Source of the DNA: a virus
Lineage: Duplodnaviria; Caudoviricetes
IMG/VR virus record: IMGVR_UViG_3300035517_000038
Coordinates: 32,001 to 96,000 of that record
Length of the DNA: 64,000 bases
Direction: 5' to 3' (one strand)
Made by a program: the position numbers and the translations under genes
Notes under the pieces: model-generated
Seen by the model: only the letters and a program-made list of their open reading frames with translations
What the model was told of the DNA's origin: nothing
The model's database searches: none
In this document: in pieces, positions 1 through 9,091 of the stretch
How positions within the stretch are numbered: the first letter of the stretch is position 1
Layout of the letters: each line of letters starts with the position of its first letter

Positions 1-703
1 TCCTTAAAGGACAATACCGTGCTTTATATGTATAATTATGGAAAGTATGATTCCAGAAAATTTAAGACCTATACCTGGATTTTTAGGCTACTACATTACT
101 AATGATGGTAAAATATTTTCAAATAGAAAATATAAGAAATTAGTAAAAATAATAGGAAAAGAAGATAAAGACGGGTATATGGAAATAGGTTTATACAAGA
201 ATAAAAAGAGGTATTTTAGAAGAATACATAGACTAGTATTAGAAGCTTGGAGTTCTAATCCTAATAACTACACACAAGTTAACCATATAGACGGTAATAA
301 GAAAAATAATCATATTTCTAATTTAGAATGGTGTACTTGTGAGTATAATATAAATCATTCTTTTAAAGTTCTTAATAGAAAACCTACCATATCTACTAAT
401 AAAAAAGTAATTCTTACAAATAAAAGAACTAACGAAAGTAAAATGTTCTTTAGTATAAAAGAATGTGCTAAATATTTAGGTATATCTTACGAGCATTTAG
501 GTAGAATATTATCTACACAGTATGATATAAACAAAAGTAGAAAACTTAAATTTTACTCTATACAGTATGAAGTATAACGACTATCCCATAAGGGAGTACA
601 TAGAAGGTGCAATTCCTACTATGGAAGTGCTAAGCCCCTGCTTGCAGGGTGAAGATATAGTCTATTCCCCTACTAAATATCGGGAAACCGAGGGTATTAA
701 AAG
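1..703 (+). mobile_element. Group I intron in nrdJ (5' end outside window), HNH ORF in P6 loop
   Basis: Q-like AATACCGTGCT at 13-23; R AACGACTA at 576-583; S GAAGATATAGTC at 651-662 (P7 = GACTA/TAGTC). Terminal G at 703 is followed by in-frame RNR codons GGC TGT GGA ATT GAT (GCGID), and an in-frame TAA lies at 698-700. Confidence 0.9.
38..577 (+). CDS. Intron-encoded NUMOD4-HNH homing endonuclease
   Basis: IPGFLGYYITNDGKIFS N-terminus; HRLV...VNHIDGNKKNNHISNLEW HNH motif; C-terminal NUMOD1-like FFSIKECAKYLG. Confidence 0.92.
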   Translation: MESMIPENLRPIPGFLGYYITNDGKIFSNRKYKKLVKIIGKEDKDGYMEIGLYKNKKRYFRRIHRLVLEAWSSNPNNYTQVNHIDGNKKNNHISNLEWCTCEYNINHSFKVLNRKPTISTNKKVILTNKRTNESKMFFSIKECAKYLGISYEHLGRILSTQYDINKSRKLKFYSIQYEV

Positions 704-2608
704 GGCTGTGGAATTGATGTTTCAAAACTTGCTCCAAAAGGAGCCAAAATACATAATGCAGCAAATACCACTAGTGGTAGTACCTCTTTCATGGACTTCT
801 TTTCCTACATTACTGGTCTCATTGGACAAGATGGAAGAAGAGGAGCACTTATGATTTCTATCTCCTGTGAGCATCCTGATGTAGAAGATTTCATCAATCT
901 TAAGAGTGACCTTAATATTTGTACTAAGGCTAATATCTCTGTAAGGGTTACTGATGAATTTATGAAAGCTGTTAGAGATGATAAATACTGGGTATGCAGT
1001 TTCCATAGACCTGAATCTGATGAAACTATTCAGAAAATGTATAAAGCTAAAGATTTATTTAGACTCTTAGCTAAAAGAAACTGGGAAATGGCAGAACCTG
1101 GTATCCTCTATTGGGATAATATTACTAAGTACAATCTGCTGGATAAGCATAAAGACTTTGAATATGCAGGTACAAACCCCTGTGCTGAAGAACCGTTACC
1201 TGCAGGTGGTAGTTGTCTTTTAGGTTCTATAAATTTATCAGAATTTGTAAAAAAGCCTTTTACTTTAGAAGCTGAAATTGACTGGGATTCTCTTATTAAA
1301 ACCACTAGATTAGCTGTTAGGGAGCTTAATAATGTCCTTAATGAAGGCCTTGAACTTCACCCTCTGCAAGAACAACGTGACTCTGTTAGAGATTGGAGAC
1401 AAATAGGTCTTGGTATCATGGGTTTGGCAGATATGCTTATTAAGCTCAATAGAAGCTATGATAATGTTCAAGGTAGACAAGTAGCAGAGAATGTTATGCG
1501 AGTAATTTCCTCAACTGCTATTGGAGAATCTGCTAGATTGGCTGAAAAATATGGCTGTTTCCCTAAGTGTGATATTGACGCACTTACGGCTTCATCATTC
1601 TATAAGACACTGTTACCACATTTGAGTAATATTACTATTGAACGCATTAAGAAATATGGTTTATACAATTCTCAATTACTTACTTGTGCGCCCACTGGTT
1701 CTATTGGTACTATGCTTCAGTGTTCTACTGGTATTGAGCCTGTATTTGCTTTCAGTTATAATAGAACCACAAAATCTCTTCATGGGAAAGATGAGGTCTA
1801 CAAAGTATATACTAAAATAGTAGAAGATTACAAGAAAGCTACTGGTAATGAAGAATTGCCTAGCCAATTTATTGAGTCTAAGGATATAGCACCTCTTAAT
1901 AGAGTATTAATGCAAAGTGTTATTCAGAACTTTGTAGATGCTTCTATATCTTCAACTATCAATCTTCCTGAATCTGCTACTATTGATGAAGTAGAAGAGA
2001 TTTATATGGCAGCTTGGAAATTCGGGCTTAAAGGAGTTACAGTTTATAGACAAGGTTGCCAAAGAGAGGGTATTCTGAATGTAGAAGATAAACCTAAAAT
2101 TGTGTCAGAATCTTCAGCACCTAAGAGACCTAAGACTCTTGTAGCAGAGAATCAAGTTGTGGTAGTTAAGGGTGAGAAATATCTAATCTCTGTCGGATTA
2201 TTAGATGAGAAGCCTTATGAACTATTTATTACTAAATTAGGTAGGACTGTACCTAAAGAATGGCATTTCTTTGGTAAAATTATAAAGATAGCTAAAAAGC
2301 ATTATGCTTTAGAGTCAATGTATTGCTGCATTGACCATCTTGGGCATGATAGTACTCCTGAGATTAAGACTTCTGCTCTTTATATTTCTATGCTCCTTAG
2401 ACATGGTGTTGATATTAAATTTATTATTAAAACAAGCAAGAAGGTAAATAATCTTGTAACCTCCCTGAGTGCTGCTATTACTAGAGTATTATCTAAGTAT
2501 CTTCCTAAAGAAGTTACAGGAGATAAATGCCCAGAGTGTGGAGAAGCTCTTATTAATGAAGGAGGTTGTATTCATTGTCCTTCTTGTGGTTGGAGCAAAT
2601 GTAGTTAA
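704..2608 (+). CDS. nrdJ: Class II (B12-dependent) ribonucleotide reductase, 3' exon
   Basis: GCGIDVSKLAP, GRRGALM, TNPCAEEPL, CLLGSINL and APTGSI motifs; C-terminal CPECG...CPSCGWSKC Zn ribbon. The reading frame extends upstream of the ORF-track start (791) to 704. Confidence 0.92.
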   Translation, partial: GCGIDVSKLAPKGAKIHNAANTTSGSTSFMDFFSYITGLIGQDGRRGALMISISCEHPDVEDFINLKSDLNICTKANISVRVTDEFMKAVRDDKYWVCSFHRPESDETIQKMYKAKDLFRLLAKRNWEMAEPGILYWDNITKYNLLDKHKDFEYAGTNPCAEEPLPAGGSCLLGSINLSEFVKKPFTLEAEIDWDSLIKTTRLAVRELNNVLNEGLELHPLQEQRDSVRDWRQIGLGIMGLADMLIKLNRSYDNVQGRQVAENVMRVISSTAIGESARLAEKYGCFPKCDIDALTASSFYKTLLPHLSNITIERIKKYGLYNSQLLTCAPTGSIGTMLQCSTGIEPVFAFSYNRTTKSLHGKDEVYKVYTKIVEDYKKATGNEELPSQFIESKDIAPLNRVLMQSVIQNFVDASISSTINLPESATIDEVEEIYMAAWKFGLKGVTVYRQGCQREGILNVEDKPKIVSESSAPKRPKTLVAENQVVVVKGEKYLISVGLLDEKPYELFITKLGRTVPKEWHFFGKIIKIAKKHYALESMYCCIDHLGHDSTPEIKTSALYISMLLRHGVDIKFIIKTSKKVNNLVTSLSAAITRVLSKYLPKEVTGDKCPECGEALINEGGCIHCPSCGWSKCS

Positions 2609-2609
2609 T

Positions 2610-2807
2610 ATGTCTGGATGTTTATATGCACAAGCAGGTTCTCAATTTTGTGAAACTTGTCCCATGCTTGCTGAATGTCAAGAAGCCGAACTACAAGCAG
2701 ATAAAGAAGATGCTGCTTATTGGCTTCGTCAGAAAGATATTGCTAAAAAATACGCAGAACAGCTAAATAGAGAAAGGCAAAATATGAAAGATTTATTATG
2801 GAACTAA
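2610..2807 (+). CDS. Hypothetical 65-aa Cys-containing protein
   Basis: ATG at 2610 immediately after the nrdJ stop; C-x8-CxxC-x5-C; overlaps the next gene. The ORF-track start at 2469 lies inside nrdJ. Confidence 0.65.
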   Translation: MSGCLYAQAGSQFCETCPMLAECQEAELQADKEDAAYWLRQKDIAKKYAEQLNRERQNMKDLLWN

Positions 2808-3043
2808 AAGATACAATCAATTGGATGGCCTCTAATAATTACAAAGAGAGGTTTATTGCTGAATATCAGCAATTGAAAATTCGTATTCACAGTTTAGAGA
2901 AGCTACTGGAAGATTGGTCAAAAGGCAAGTTGGAATTTCAACCAACTTGCCCTAAAGACCTTCTTAAAGAACAATTATGGAGCATGAGAGAATACAGAAA
3001 GTGTTTAAGAAAACGTGCTCTTATTGAAAATATTAACCTTTAA
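2798..3043 (+). CDS. crAss001_48-like small helical protein
   Basis: MELKDT..M.S..YKERF.AEY.QLKIR...L.F.PTCP..LL..QL..M..Y pattern recalled for this family. Confidence 0.75.
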   Translation: MELKDTINWMASNNYKERFIAEYQQLKIRIHSLEKLLEDWSKGKLEFQPTCPKDLLKEQLWSMREYRKCLRKRALIENINL

Positions 3044-3056
3044 AATTGATTTAAAT

Positions 3057-3596
3057 ATGAAAATTAAAATAAAACTTCTTGACGGTCAACAGATTCCCGC
3101 AATTATTAAAAAGGGAGATTGGATAGACCTTAGGGCTGCTGCAGATATTGATTTTAAAGCCCCCAGTTTAAATGAAGAATTTATCAAATGCAAGAGAAAT
3201 GCTGATAAATTAGAGTGTAATAATGTATTATTTCAATATGCATTGATTCCTCTTGGTGTATGTATGGAACTTCCTAAGGGTTATGAGGCTATCCTTGTAT
3301 CTCGTAGTAGTACCCCTAAGAAATATGGTATTATGATGCCTACAGGTTTTGGTGTCATTGATAATTCATACAATGGAGACTCTGATGAGTGGATGATGCC
3401 TGCTATCTCTCTTAAGCCTACATCTATTAACTTTGGTGACCGCATTTGCCAATTCCGTATTCAGCTTTCTCAAAAGGCTACAATGTGGCAAAAGATTAAG
3501 TGGTTGTTTACCAGTAATATTAAATTTAAAGTTGTAGAAACTTTAGGTAATACTGATAGACAAGGTATTGGTGAAGGTACCGGACACAATGACTAA
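3057..3596 (+). CDS. dut: Trimeric dUTPase
   Basis: GDWIDLRA, SRSS, GVIDNSYNG, GDRICQF and C-terminal RQGIGEGTG motifs. Confidence 0.92.
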   Translation: MKIKIKLLDGQQIPAIIKKGDWIDLRAAADIDFKAPSLNEEFIKCKRNADKLECNNVLFQYALIPLGVCMELPKGYEAILVSRSSTPKKYGIMMPTGFGVIDNSYNGDSDEWMMPAISLKPTSINFGDRICQFRIQLSQKATMWQKIKWLFTSNIKFKVVETLGNTDRQGIGEGTGHND

Positions 3597-3622
3597 TTAC
3601 TAATCAAACTTAATTTATTCAT

Positions 3623-4090
3623 ATGATTCTGACATCTATTTCTATAGGTGTTTCTATTGTGCTTGCTACTATTTTAGTAGCAGGCACTTTTAAGAAATAC
3701 AAATACACATACAATTTCGCAAAAAACTTTGAAACCTGTGGTCTTATTGTTATGCCATTTTATAATAATGGTAATCAATATAACTTCATTATAGACACTG
3801 GAGCTTCTCAATCTCATATATCATCCACTGTGGCACCACTCATTAGAGGTGCTCGAAGAAAAGAATGTTATAATATCTTTGGTATTGGCAATGAAACTAT
3901 AGAAGAAGCTATTATTACTACTCTCAGATATAAAGATAAAGTCATGAATGTTAAGGTGTATCCAGCAAAAGCTCTTGATAATAGCTTTGTTCATGTTAAA
4001 ATGCCTGTTCATGGTATTCTTGGTAGTGATTTTATTATTAAAAATAAAATAGTTATTGATTCTACTAAACAAACACTTATATTTAAATGA
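3623..4090 (+). CDS. Retropepsin-like aspartic protease with N-terminal hydrophobic anchor
   Basis: FIIDTGAS and GILGSDF motifs; hydrophobic residues 1-22. Confidence 0.85.
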   Translation: MILTSISIGVSIVLATILVAGTFKKYKYTYNFAKNFETCGLIVMPFYNNGNQYNFIIDTGASQSHISSTVAPLIRGARRKECYNIFGIGNETIEEAIITTLRYKDKVMNVKVYPAKALDNSFVHVKMPVHGILGSDFIIKNKIVIDSTKQTLIFK

Positions 4091-5588
4091 TATATTTAGT
4101 AACTAATTCACAAACACTATTTAAATCAGACTTATATGAAGTTATTTCTGTAGAAAAAGCATTAGATATACTAGATTCTAAAGAACTTTGGCAATTAGAT
4201 ACTGAAACTAATGGTAGAAATTGCCATATATGCAAGCTATTATGCGTACAATTTGGTAATAAATCTATAGATACTCAAATAGTAGTAGACTGTGAAACTA
4301 TAGATATTAAGCTATTTAAGAGCATCTTGGAAAGTAAATTCTTTGTACTACAAAATGCAAAGTTTGATTTACAGTTCTTCTATTCAATAGGTATTATCCC
4401 TAGAAGAGTCTATGATACTATGATTGTAGAGCAGCTTATATATCTAGGATACCCAACTAAAAAAGAAGACCCTTATAATGGTATCTCTTACAGCTTGAAA
4501 GATATTGCAGATAGAAGATTGGGAGTAGAGATTGATAAATCTGTCAGAGGGGAGATTACTTGGAGAGGTCTTGATGATGTTGTTATAGAGTATGCTGCTA
4601 ATGATGTAGTATATTTGGAGGATATTATGCACTCTCAAATGCAAGAGTGTAAAGAGAAGGGATTAGTGATAGCTGCTAAATTAGAATGTGAATTTACGCC
4701 AGCTATTGCATATTTAGAGTGGTGTGGGATTAAGTTGGATGAGAAAAAGTGGAAAGCTAAAATGTGGAATGATACTCTGGAAAAAGAGAAAGCACAGAAG
4801 GAGCTTGAAGCTTTTATTATAGAGTGTTCTGAAAAAGGTTATAAGAAAATACCAGCTGACTCATTCAAAAAATATGTATATGTAAATTTACAAGGAAGTT
4901 TATTTGATGGCTTTGATACCACTCCTAAAGTAAATATTAACTGGTCTAGTCCTAAGCAGGTTATTGAACTTGCTAAATTGCTTGGCTTTAATACTGTGAC
5001 TCAGGATAAGAAATCAGGAGAAGATAAAGATTCAGTAGTGGAGAAATTATTAGGCAAACAGAAAACTGTGTGTCCTGAATTTCTTAAACACTATTTCAAT
5101 TTTAAAGAGCATGAAAAAGTTTGTGCCACTTATGGACAATCTTATTTAGATGCTATAAATCCTATTACAGGTAGAATACACTCTCAATTTAGAGCTATTG
5201 GTACTAAATCAGGAAGAATGGCTTGTGGTTCTAATTCCCAAGATACAGACCTAGCTAAATTAAAAGGAATAAAAGACAAAAAGAGGTGTGTATATGTACA
5301 ATTGCAGAATCTACCTGCTGATGATGCTACTAGAGGAGCCTTTGTACCAGAGGATGGGAATTTAATGTGTTCCTGCGACTTTAGCGCCCTTGAGAGTCGC
5401 TTGGGTGCAGATATTTACAATGAACAAGCTATGCTTGATGAATTTTTACATGGTGGTGGAGATATGCACTCTCTATGTGCTAAGATGGTATTTTCTAAAG
5501 AGTTAGAAGGTATAGAAGTAAAAGATGTTAAGCATGAAAGACCGGATTTAAGAAAGAAAGTTAAATCTGTGGAGTTTGCAAAGCAGTT
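4087..5588 (+). CDS. polA: Family A DNA polymerase, exon 1 (3'-5' exonuclease, motif A, start of motif B)
   Basis: LDTETNG, NAKFD, YAANDV exonuclease motifs; TKSGR; QLQNLP; DFSALESR (motif A); RKKVKSVEFAKQF (motif B). Confidence 0.93.
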
Positions 5589-5610
5589 TGATTAATATTT
5601 TACTAAATTA

Positions 5611-5642
5611 CTTGTATAATTCAAATATTTATTATAATTTTG
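5611..5642 (+). promoter_or_regulatory. Bacteroidota-type promoter inside the polA intron
   Basis: CTTG-N20-TAATTTTG, 20 nt upstream of the endonuclease ATG at 5663. Confidence 0.65.
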
Positions 5643-5662
5643 TGTGTAAATATAAAAAAAAT

Positions 5663-6412
5663 ATGGATACAGAAAATTTAAAAATAGATTATTTGAAAGG
5701 ATGTTCTATTAAAGAACTACAAGAGAAATATAAATTTAAAGGTGTAGGTACTTTGTATTATTATCTAAAGAAATTAGGTATTAATAATAGAGGCAAAATC
5801 AAACACTATGAAAATCCTTTTCTGAAAGAATCTAAAGAAAGAGATTATTGGTTAGGTTGGATATTCAGTGATGGTTGTGTAGTAAATACACCTAGAAATA
5901 AATTTGTGTACTTAGCTTGTTTGGATTTTGATATACTATTAAAATTTAAAGAGTTTTGTGGAGATAGAGCAAAACTTAATAAGTTTGAATATATTACTCC
6001 CGTTTCTAAAGAAAAAAGAGTAATGTATAAAGTAGTAATCAATTCTACAGAACTTGTACAATATTTTAGTGAAATACACCACATCTCTGGAAATAAGGCT
6101 AGTACCTTAAACCCTGATATAGAAATTAATTGGGACTTATTAAGAGGTGCTCTTGATGGTGATGGTTCCTTTAAAAAGGGTGTAGTATTAACTAGTAATA
6201 GTAAACAATGGATATATAAAGTATCTGAATTTTATAATTCCTATAATATACATTATACTATAGTAAAAGACACTGCTTATAGATTAGGGGTTTATAAAAA
6301 AGAGGATATTAGAAAAATCTATAAATACTTGTATAGTAATACTAATTTATATCTAGCTAGAAAAGAAAGAGACTTATACAGACTGGCTAAAGAGGAATCT
6401 TTAGAAAAATAG
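5663..6412 (+). CDS. Intron-encoded double-motif LAGLIDADG homing endonuclease
   Basis: YWLGWIFSDGCV and LLRGALDGDGSF motifs; N-terminal HTH-like segment. Confidence 0.9.
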   Translation: MDTENLKIDYLKGCSIKELQEKYKFKGVGTLYYYLKKLGINNRGKIKHYENPFLKESKERDYWLGWIFSDGCVVNTPRNKFVYLACLDFDILLKFKEFCGDRAKLNKFEYITPVSKEKRVMYKVVINSTELVQYFSEIHHISGNKASTLNPDIEINWDLLRGALDGDGSFKKGVVLTSNSKQWIYKVSEFYNSYNIHYTIVKDTAYRLGVYKKEDIRKIYKYLYSNTNLYLARKERDLYRLAKEESLEK

Positions 6413-6631
6413 ATTGGGTGAATTGCTGGAAAGCTAAGTAGTAATATATGCTAATCAGCAGCCAAGCACACCTTTAACAAAGTGTGAAGGTTCAGAGACT
6501 AATAGTTGAAACTCAGGAATGAGAATATAATACTAACACGAGTGCCCAACACCTAGAACAGGTGAAGATATAGTCCGATACTCTTTAGAAATAAAGAGAA
6601 TTAAAGATTAAATACTTTAATGTAACAATTG

Positions 6632-7262
6632 TGGAGGCTCTAGTAAGGCAATATCAGAATCTTTAGGTTGTAGTGTGGAAGAAGCAGATGTATTCTCTAA
6701 AGCTTATGATGAGGGTTTTAAAGGTGTAACTGCTTTCGCAAAAGAAGGTTCTAAGAATGTGCGTAAAAATGGTTATGTTCTTATTTGCAAATATACAGGA
6801 CATAAGATGTGGTGGTGGGACCACAATGAATGGTTAAAAAGGCAGAAGAGTTTTACTACCGAGTTTTGGGATAAATATAGAACCATTAAACAAGAATGGA
6901 GCTCTAAACCTCATTCTCCTCTTGAATCTCCCCCTAAAGAATTATCTCTAGTTAGGTATCATTTTGCTGCTGCTAGTAAATGGGATAGAATGGCACTCAA
7001 TGCCCCAACGCAAGGCTCAGGCATTATAATTTTGAAAGATGCTATGATTCAGCTATTTAACTATATTGTAGAGAATAATTATTTTGGTGTGATTAAACTC
7101 TGTGATTTAGTTCATGATGAAGCAGTAATAGAATGTCCTAAAGATATGATGTCTTGGGTACACCCAATGCTGGAAAAGATGATGCTTGATTCTGCGGCTA
7201 AATATTGTAAAGCTCTTCCAATACCAGCAGTAGGAGAAGTAGGAGACCATTGGATTCATTAA
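6632..7262 (+). CDS. polA: Family A DNA polymerase, exon 2 (spliced protein 710 aa)
   Basis: GGSSKAISESLG, ALNAPTQGSG and motif C VHDEAV. Confidence 0.92.
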
Positions 7263-7299
7263 AAATTCTTAAATTATTCATCTATTAAATTATTTTATA

Positions 7300-7307
7300 T
7301 AACTTTG
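7300..7307 (+). promoter_or_regulatory. Candidate -7 box TAACTTTG
   Basis: Intergenic match to TAnnTTTG after polA; -33 box is degenerate (ATTC). Confidence 0.4.
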
Positions 7308-7308
7308 T

Positions 7309-7458
7309 ATGAGTTTCGTAAAACCATTAAAAGTTAGTGATTCACTGACTATAGATACAGTTACTATTAGTAAAGATTATTATGATTACTTACTAAGATG
7401 TGACTCTTATATAACAAAACATAAAATTAAAATTAAACAACCCAAAATAAAATTATGA
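7309..7458 (+). CDS. Hypothetical 49-aa protein (not in ORF track)
   Basis: MSFVKPLKVSDSLTIDTVTISKDYYDYLLRCDSY...; stop overlaps the next start (ATGA). Confidence 0.5.
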   Translation: MSFVKPLKVSDSLTIDTVTISKDYYDYLLRCDSYITKHKIKIKQPKIKL

Positions 7459-7961
7459 TAACAAATAATAATATTAGAACATACAGAGCCACTAAGGTTA
7501 TGTATGTTAATAATCAAGTATTTATGAAGCCTTCGGATATTGTAACTGTTTATCCTGAAGGTACTGTTATTAACCACACAACTGCCAAAATTGCAAAAGA
7601 TGATGGAGAATGTCGAAGGTTATTACTTACAGGTGACTGGGCAGATGCTTTATATGAGTATGCACCTATGGTTGTTGACAAAGAAAAAATAAAAACTACT
7701 ACTCAAGTAGAGGATAAGGTTAATAAGCCCAGTCACTATACTTGGTTAGCAGATGCTTTGAAGAAAAGGTTTAAAGTAGATATTAATCCTATTCATATTA
7801 TAGAATTGTTCAACTTTAATCGTGGTAACATTCTTAAATATACTGTTAGAGCAGGCTATAAAAAGGAAGAAGGCTATGATGATAAAGAGAAAGAAATTGA
7901 AGACTTGAAAAAGGTTATATTTTACGCTAATCAAGAAATAGAAAGGATAACAAATGGCTAG
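7455..7961 (+). CDS. DUF3310 / T7 gp1.7-like nucleotide kinase domain protein
   Basis: VNKPSHY...FNRGNILKYTVRAGYK...EDLKKVIFY. Confidence 0.8.
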   Translation: MITNNNIRTYRATKVMYVNNQVFMKPSDIVTVYPEGTVINHTTAKIAKDDGECRRLLLTGDWADALYEYAPMVVDKEKIKTTTQVEDKVNKPSHYTWLADALKKRFKVDINPIHIIELFNFNRGNILKYTVRAGYKKEEGYDDKEKEIEDLKKVIFYANQEIERITNG

Positions 7962-8124
7962 ATATGCTATATGCAGTAATTGTGACAGGCTCTATAGATA
8001 TGAGCCTGTTACTACAATGGAGTATGGTAATACTATCACTACTGTAAAGTGTGAACATTGTGGTTTTGAAGTTAAAACTACTAGAAGCCATATGCATGAG
8101 GGTTCAGACTCTCTTGGAAAATAA
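7954..8124 (+). CDS. 56-aa zinc-ribbon protein (not in ORF track)
   Basis: CSNC...CEHCG; overlaps the upstream stop. Confidence 0.7.
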   Translation: MARYAICSNCDRLYRYEPVTTMEYGNTITTVKCEHCGFEVKTTRSHMHEGSDSLGK

Positions 8125-8154
8125 TCAATCTTAATTAACTATTCACCGATAAAA

Positions 8155-8403
8155 ATGAAGAAACTACTTAAATTTGAAGCCTCATGGTGCAATCCCTGCA
8201 AGGCTATGGACAGTGTGTTAGAACAAGTGAAAGACCTCTTTGAGATTACTCATATAGATATAGAAGAAGAGGATTCTCATGAGCTGGTATTAGCTTATAG
8301 AATTATGTCAGTGCCCACTATTATCATTCTTGATGAAGTAGGTGATGTAGATGCTCGTGTGGTTGGTACTTGCACTGTTGAACATTTAAAAGGATTAGCA
8401 TGA
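8155..8403 (+). CDS. Thioredoxin
   Basis: FEASWCNPCK and IMSVPT motifs. Confidence 0.9.
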   Translation: MKKLLKFEASWCNPCKAMDSVLEQVKDLFEITHIDIEEEDSHELVLAYRIMSVPTIIILDEVGDVDARVVGTCTVEHLKGLA

Positions 8404-8579
8404 GTAATAAAGCACAATATCTGTTTGAAGTACAGAAAGCTATTAATGAAGCTATAAGTATTTACACCTGCTATAGAAATGAAAGTGCAGGATTAATTAA
8501 TACAAAGACTTTAGAAAAGCTTAGAAAAATTAAAGATACTATTGTCAAAGAACAGAATAAAGCATCTAAATTAAAATGA
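8400..8579 (+). CDS. Hypothetical 59-aa protein (not in ORF track)
   Basis: ATGA overlaps with both neighbouring genes; MSNKAQYLFEVQKAINE... Confidence 0.65.
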   Translation: MSNKAQYLFEVQKAINEAISIYTCYRNESAGLINTKTLEKLRKIKDTIVKEQNKASKLK

Positions 8580-8788
8580 AGAATAGAAAAGAACATAAAG
8601 ATTTGTATAAAGTCTGCTACTCCAGTAAGGATGGTCAGATTGCAGATAAGGTTATAAAGCATATAACAACCAATAATATACAGGAGGCTGCTAAATTAGC
8701 GGAAGAACTGCTTCCTAAGAATTGTGGTTGGGTTTCTAAAATAGAGTTCGAGAAACAGGTAGTGACCTATCATTATGAATTTTCATAA
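8576..8788 (+). CDS. Hypothetical protein
   Basis: ORF coupled to the upstream gene within the operon. Confidence 0.65.
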   Translation: MKNRKEHKDLYKVCYSSKDGQIADKVIKHITTNNIQEAAKLAEELLPKNCGWVSKIEFEKQVVTYHYEFS

Positions 8789-8797
8789 AATAAAGAG

Positions 8798-9091
8798 ATG
8801 AATATAGAAGATATTATTAGAGATATTAACTCTGAGAAATTTGTAGATATTTATGACGCTAGTAATTATCTGGAAAATGAATATCTTGGCAAACGTGTAG
8901 CAATAAATTTAGATGTAGATAAACATAGGTGGTATGAACTTTCTACAACAGTATATGCAATAGATGACATTTATATAGGCTTACGAGGAATTTCTGATAT
9001 TTATTCAGAAACTATGGATTATGATGGCTTAGACTATGTAAAAGCATTTGAAATGGAACCTGTACAATCAATCACTTATAAAGCAAAATGA
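8798..9091 (+). CDS. Hypothetical phage protein
   Basis: ORF in operon; LDVDKHRWYELSTTVY. Confidence 0.7.
   Translation: MNIEDIIRDINSEKFVDIYDASNYLENEYLGKRVAINLDVDKHRWYELSTTVYAIDDIYIGLRGISDIYSETMDYDGLDYVKAFEMEPVQSITYKAK

Larger units (their letters stand above)
5589..6631 (+). mobile_element. Group I intron in polA motif B, LAGLIDADG ORF 5' of the core
   Basis: P AATTGCTGGAAA 6421-6432; Q AATCAGCAGCC about 6453; R TTCAGAGACTA about 6491; S GAAGATATAGTCC about 6564; P3 TTGGGT/GCCCAA; ends AACAATTG. Removal gives CAG TT|T GGA GGC (QFGG). Confidence 0.93.

Noticed and set aside
567-1006. ORFs 567-854 (+) and 722-1006 (-)
   Set aside because: They overlap the intron core and the nrdJ exon in other frames.
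4087-7262. polA as a pseudogene or intein-containing gene
   Set aside because: There is an in-frame stop, no intein terminal motifs, and a full group I core whose removal restores the frame.
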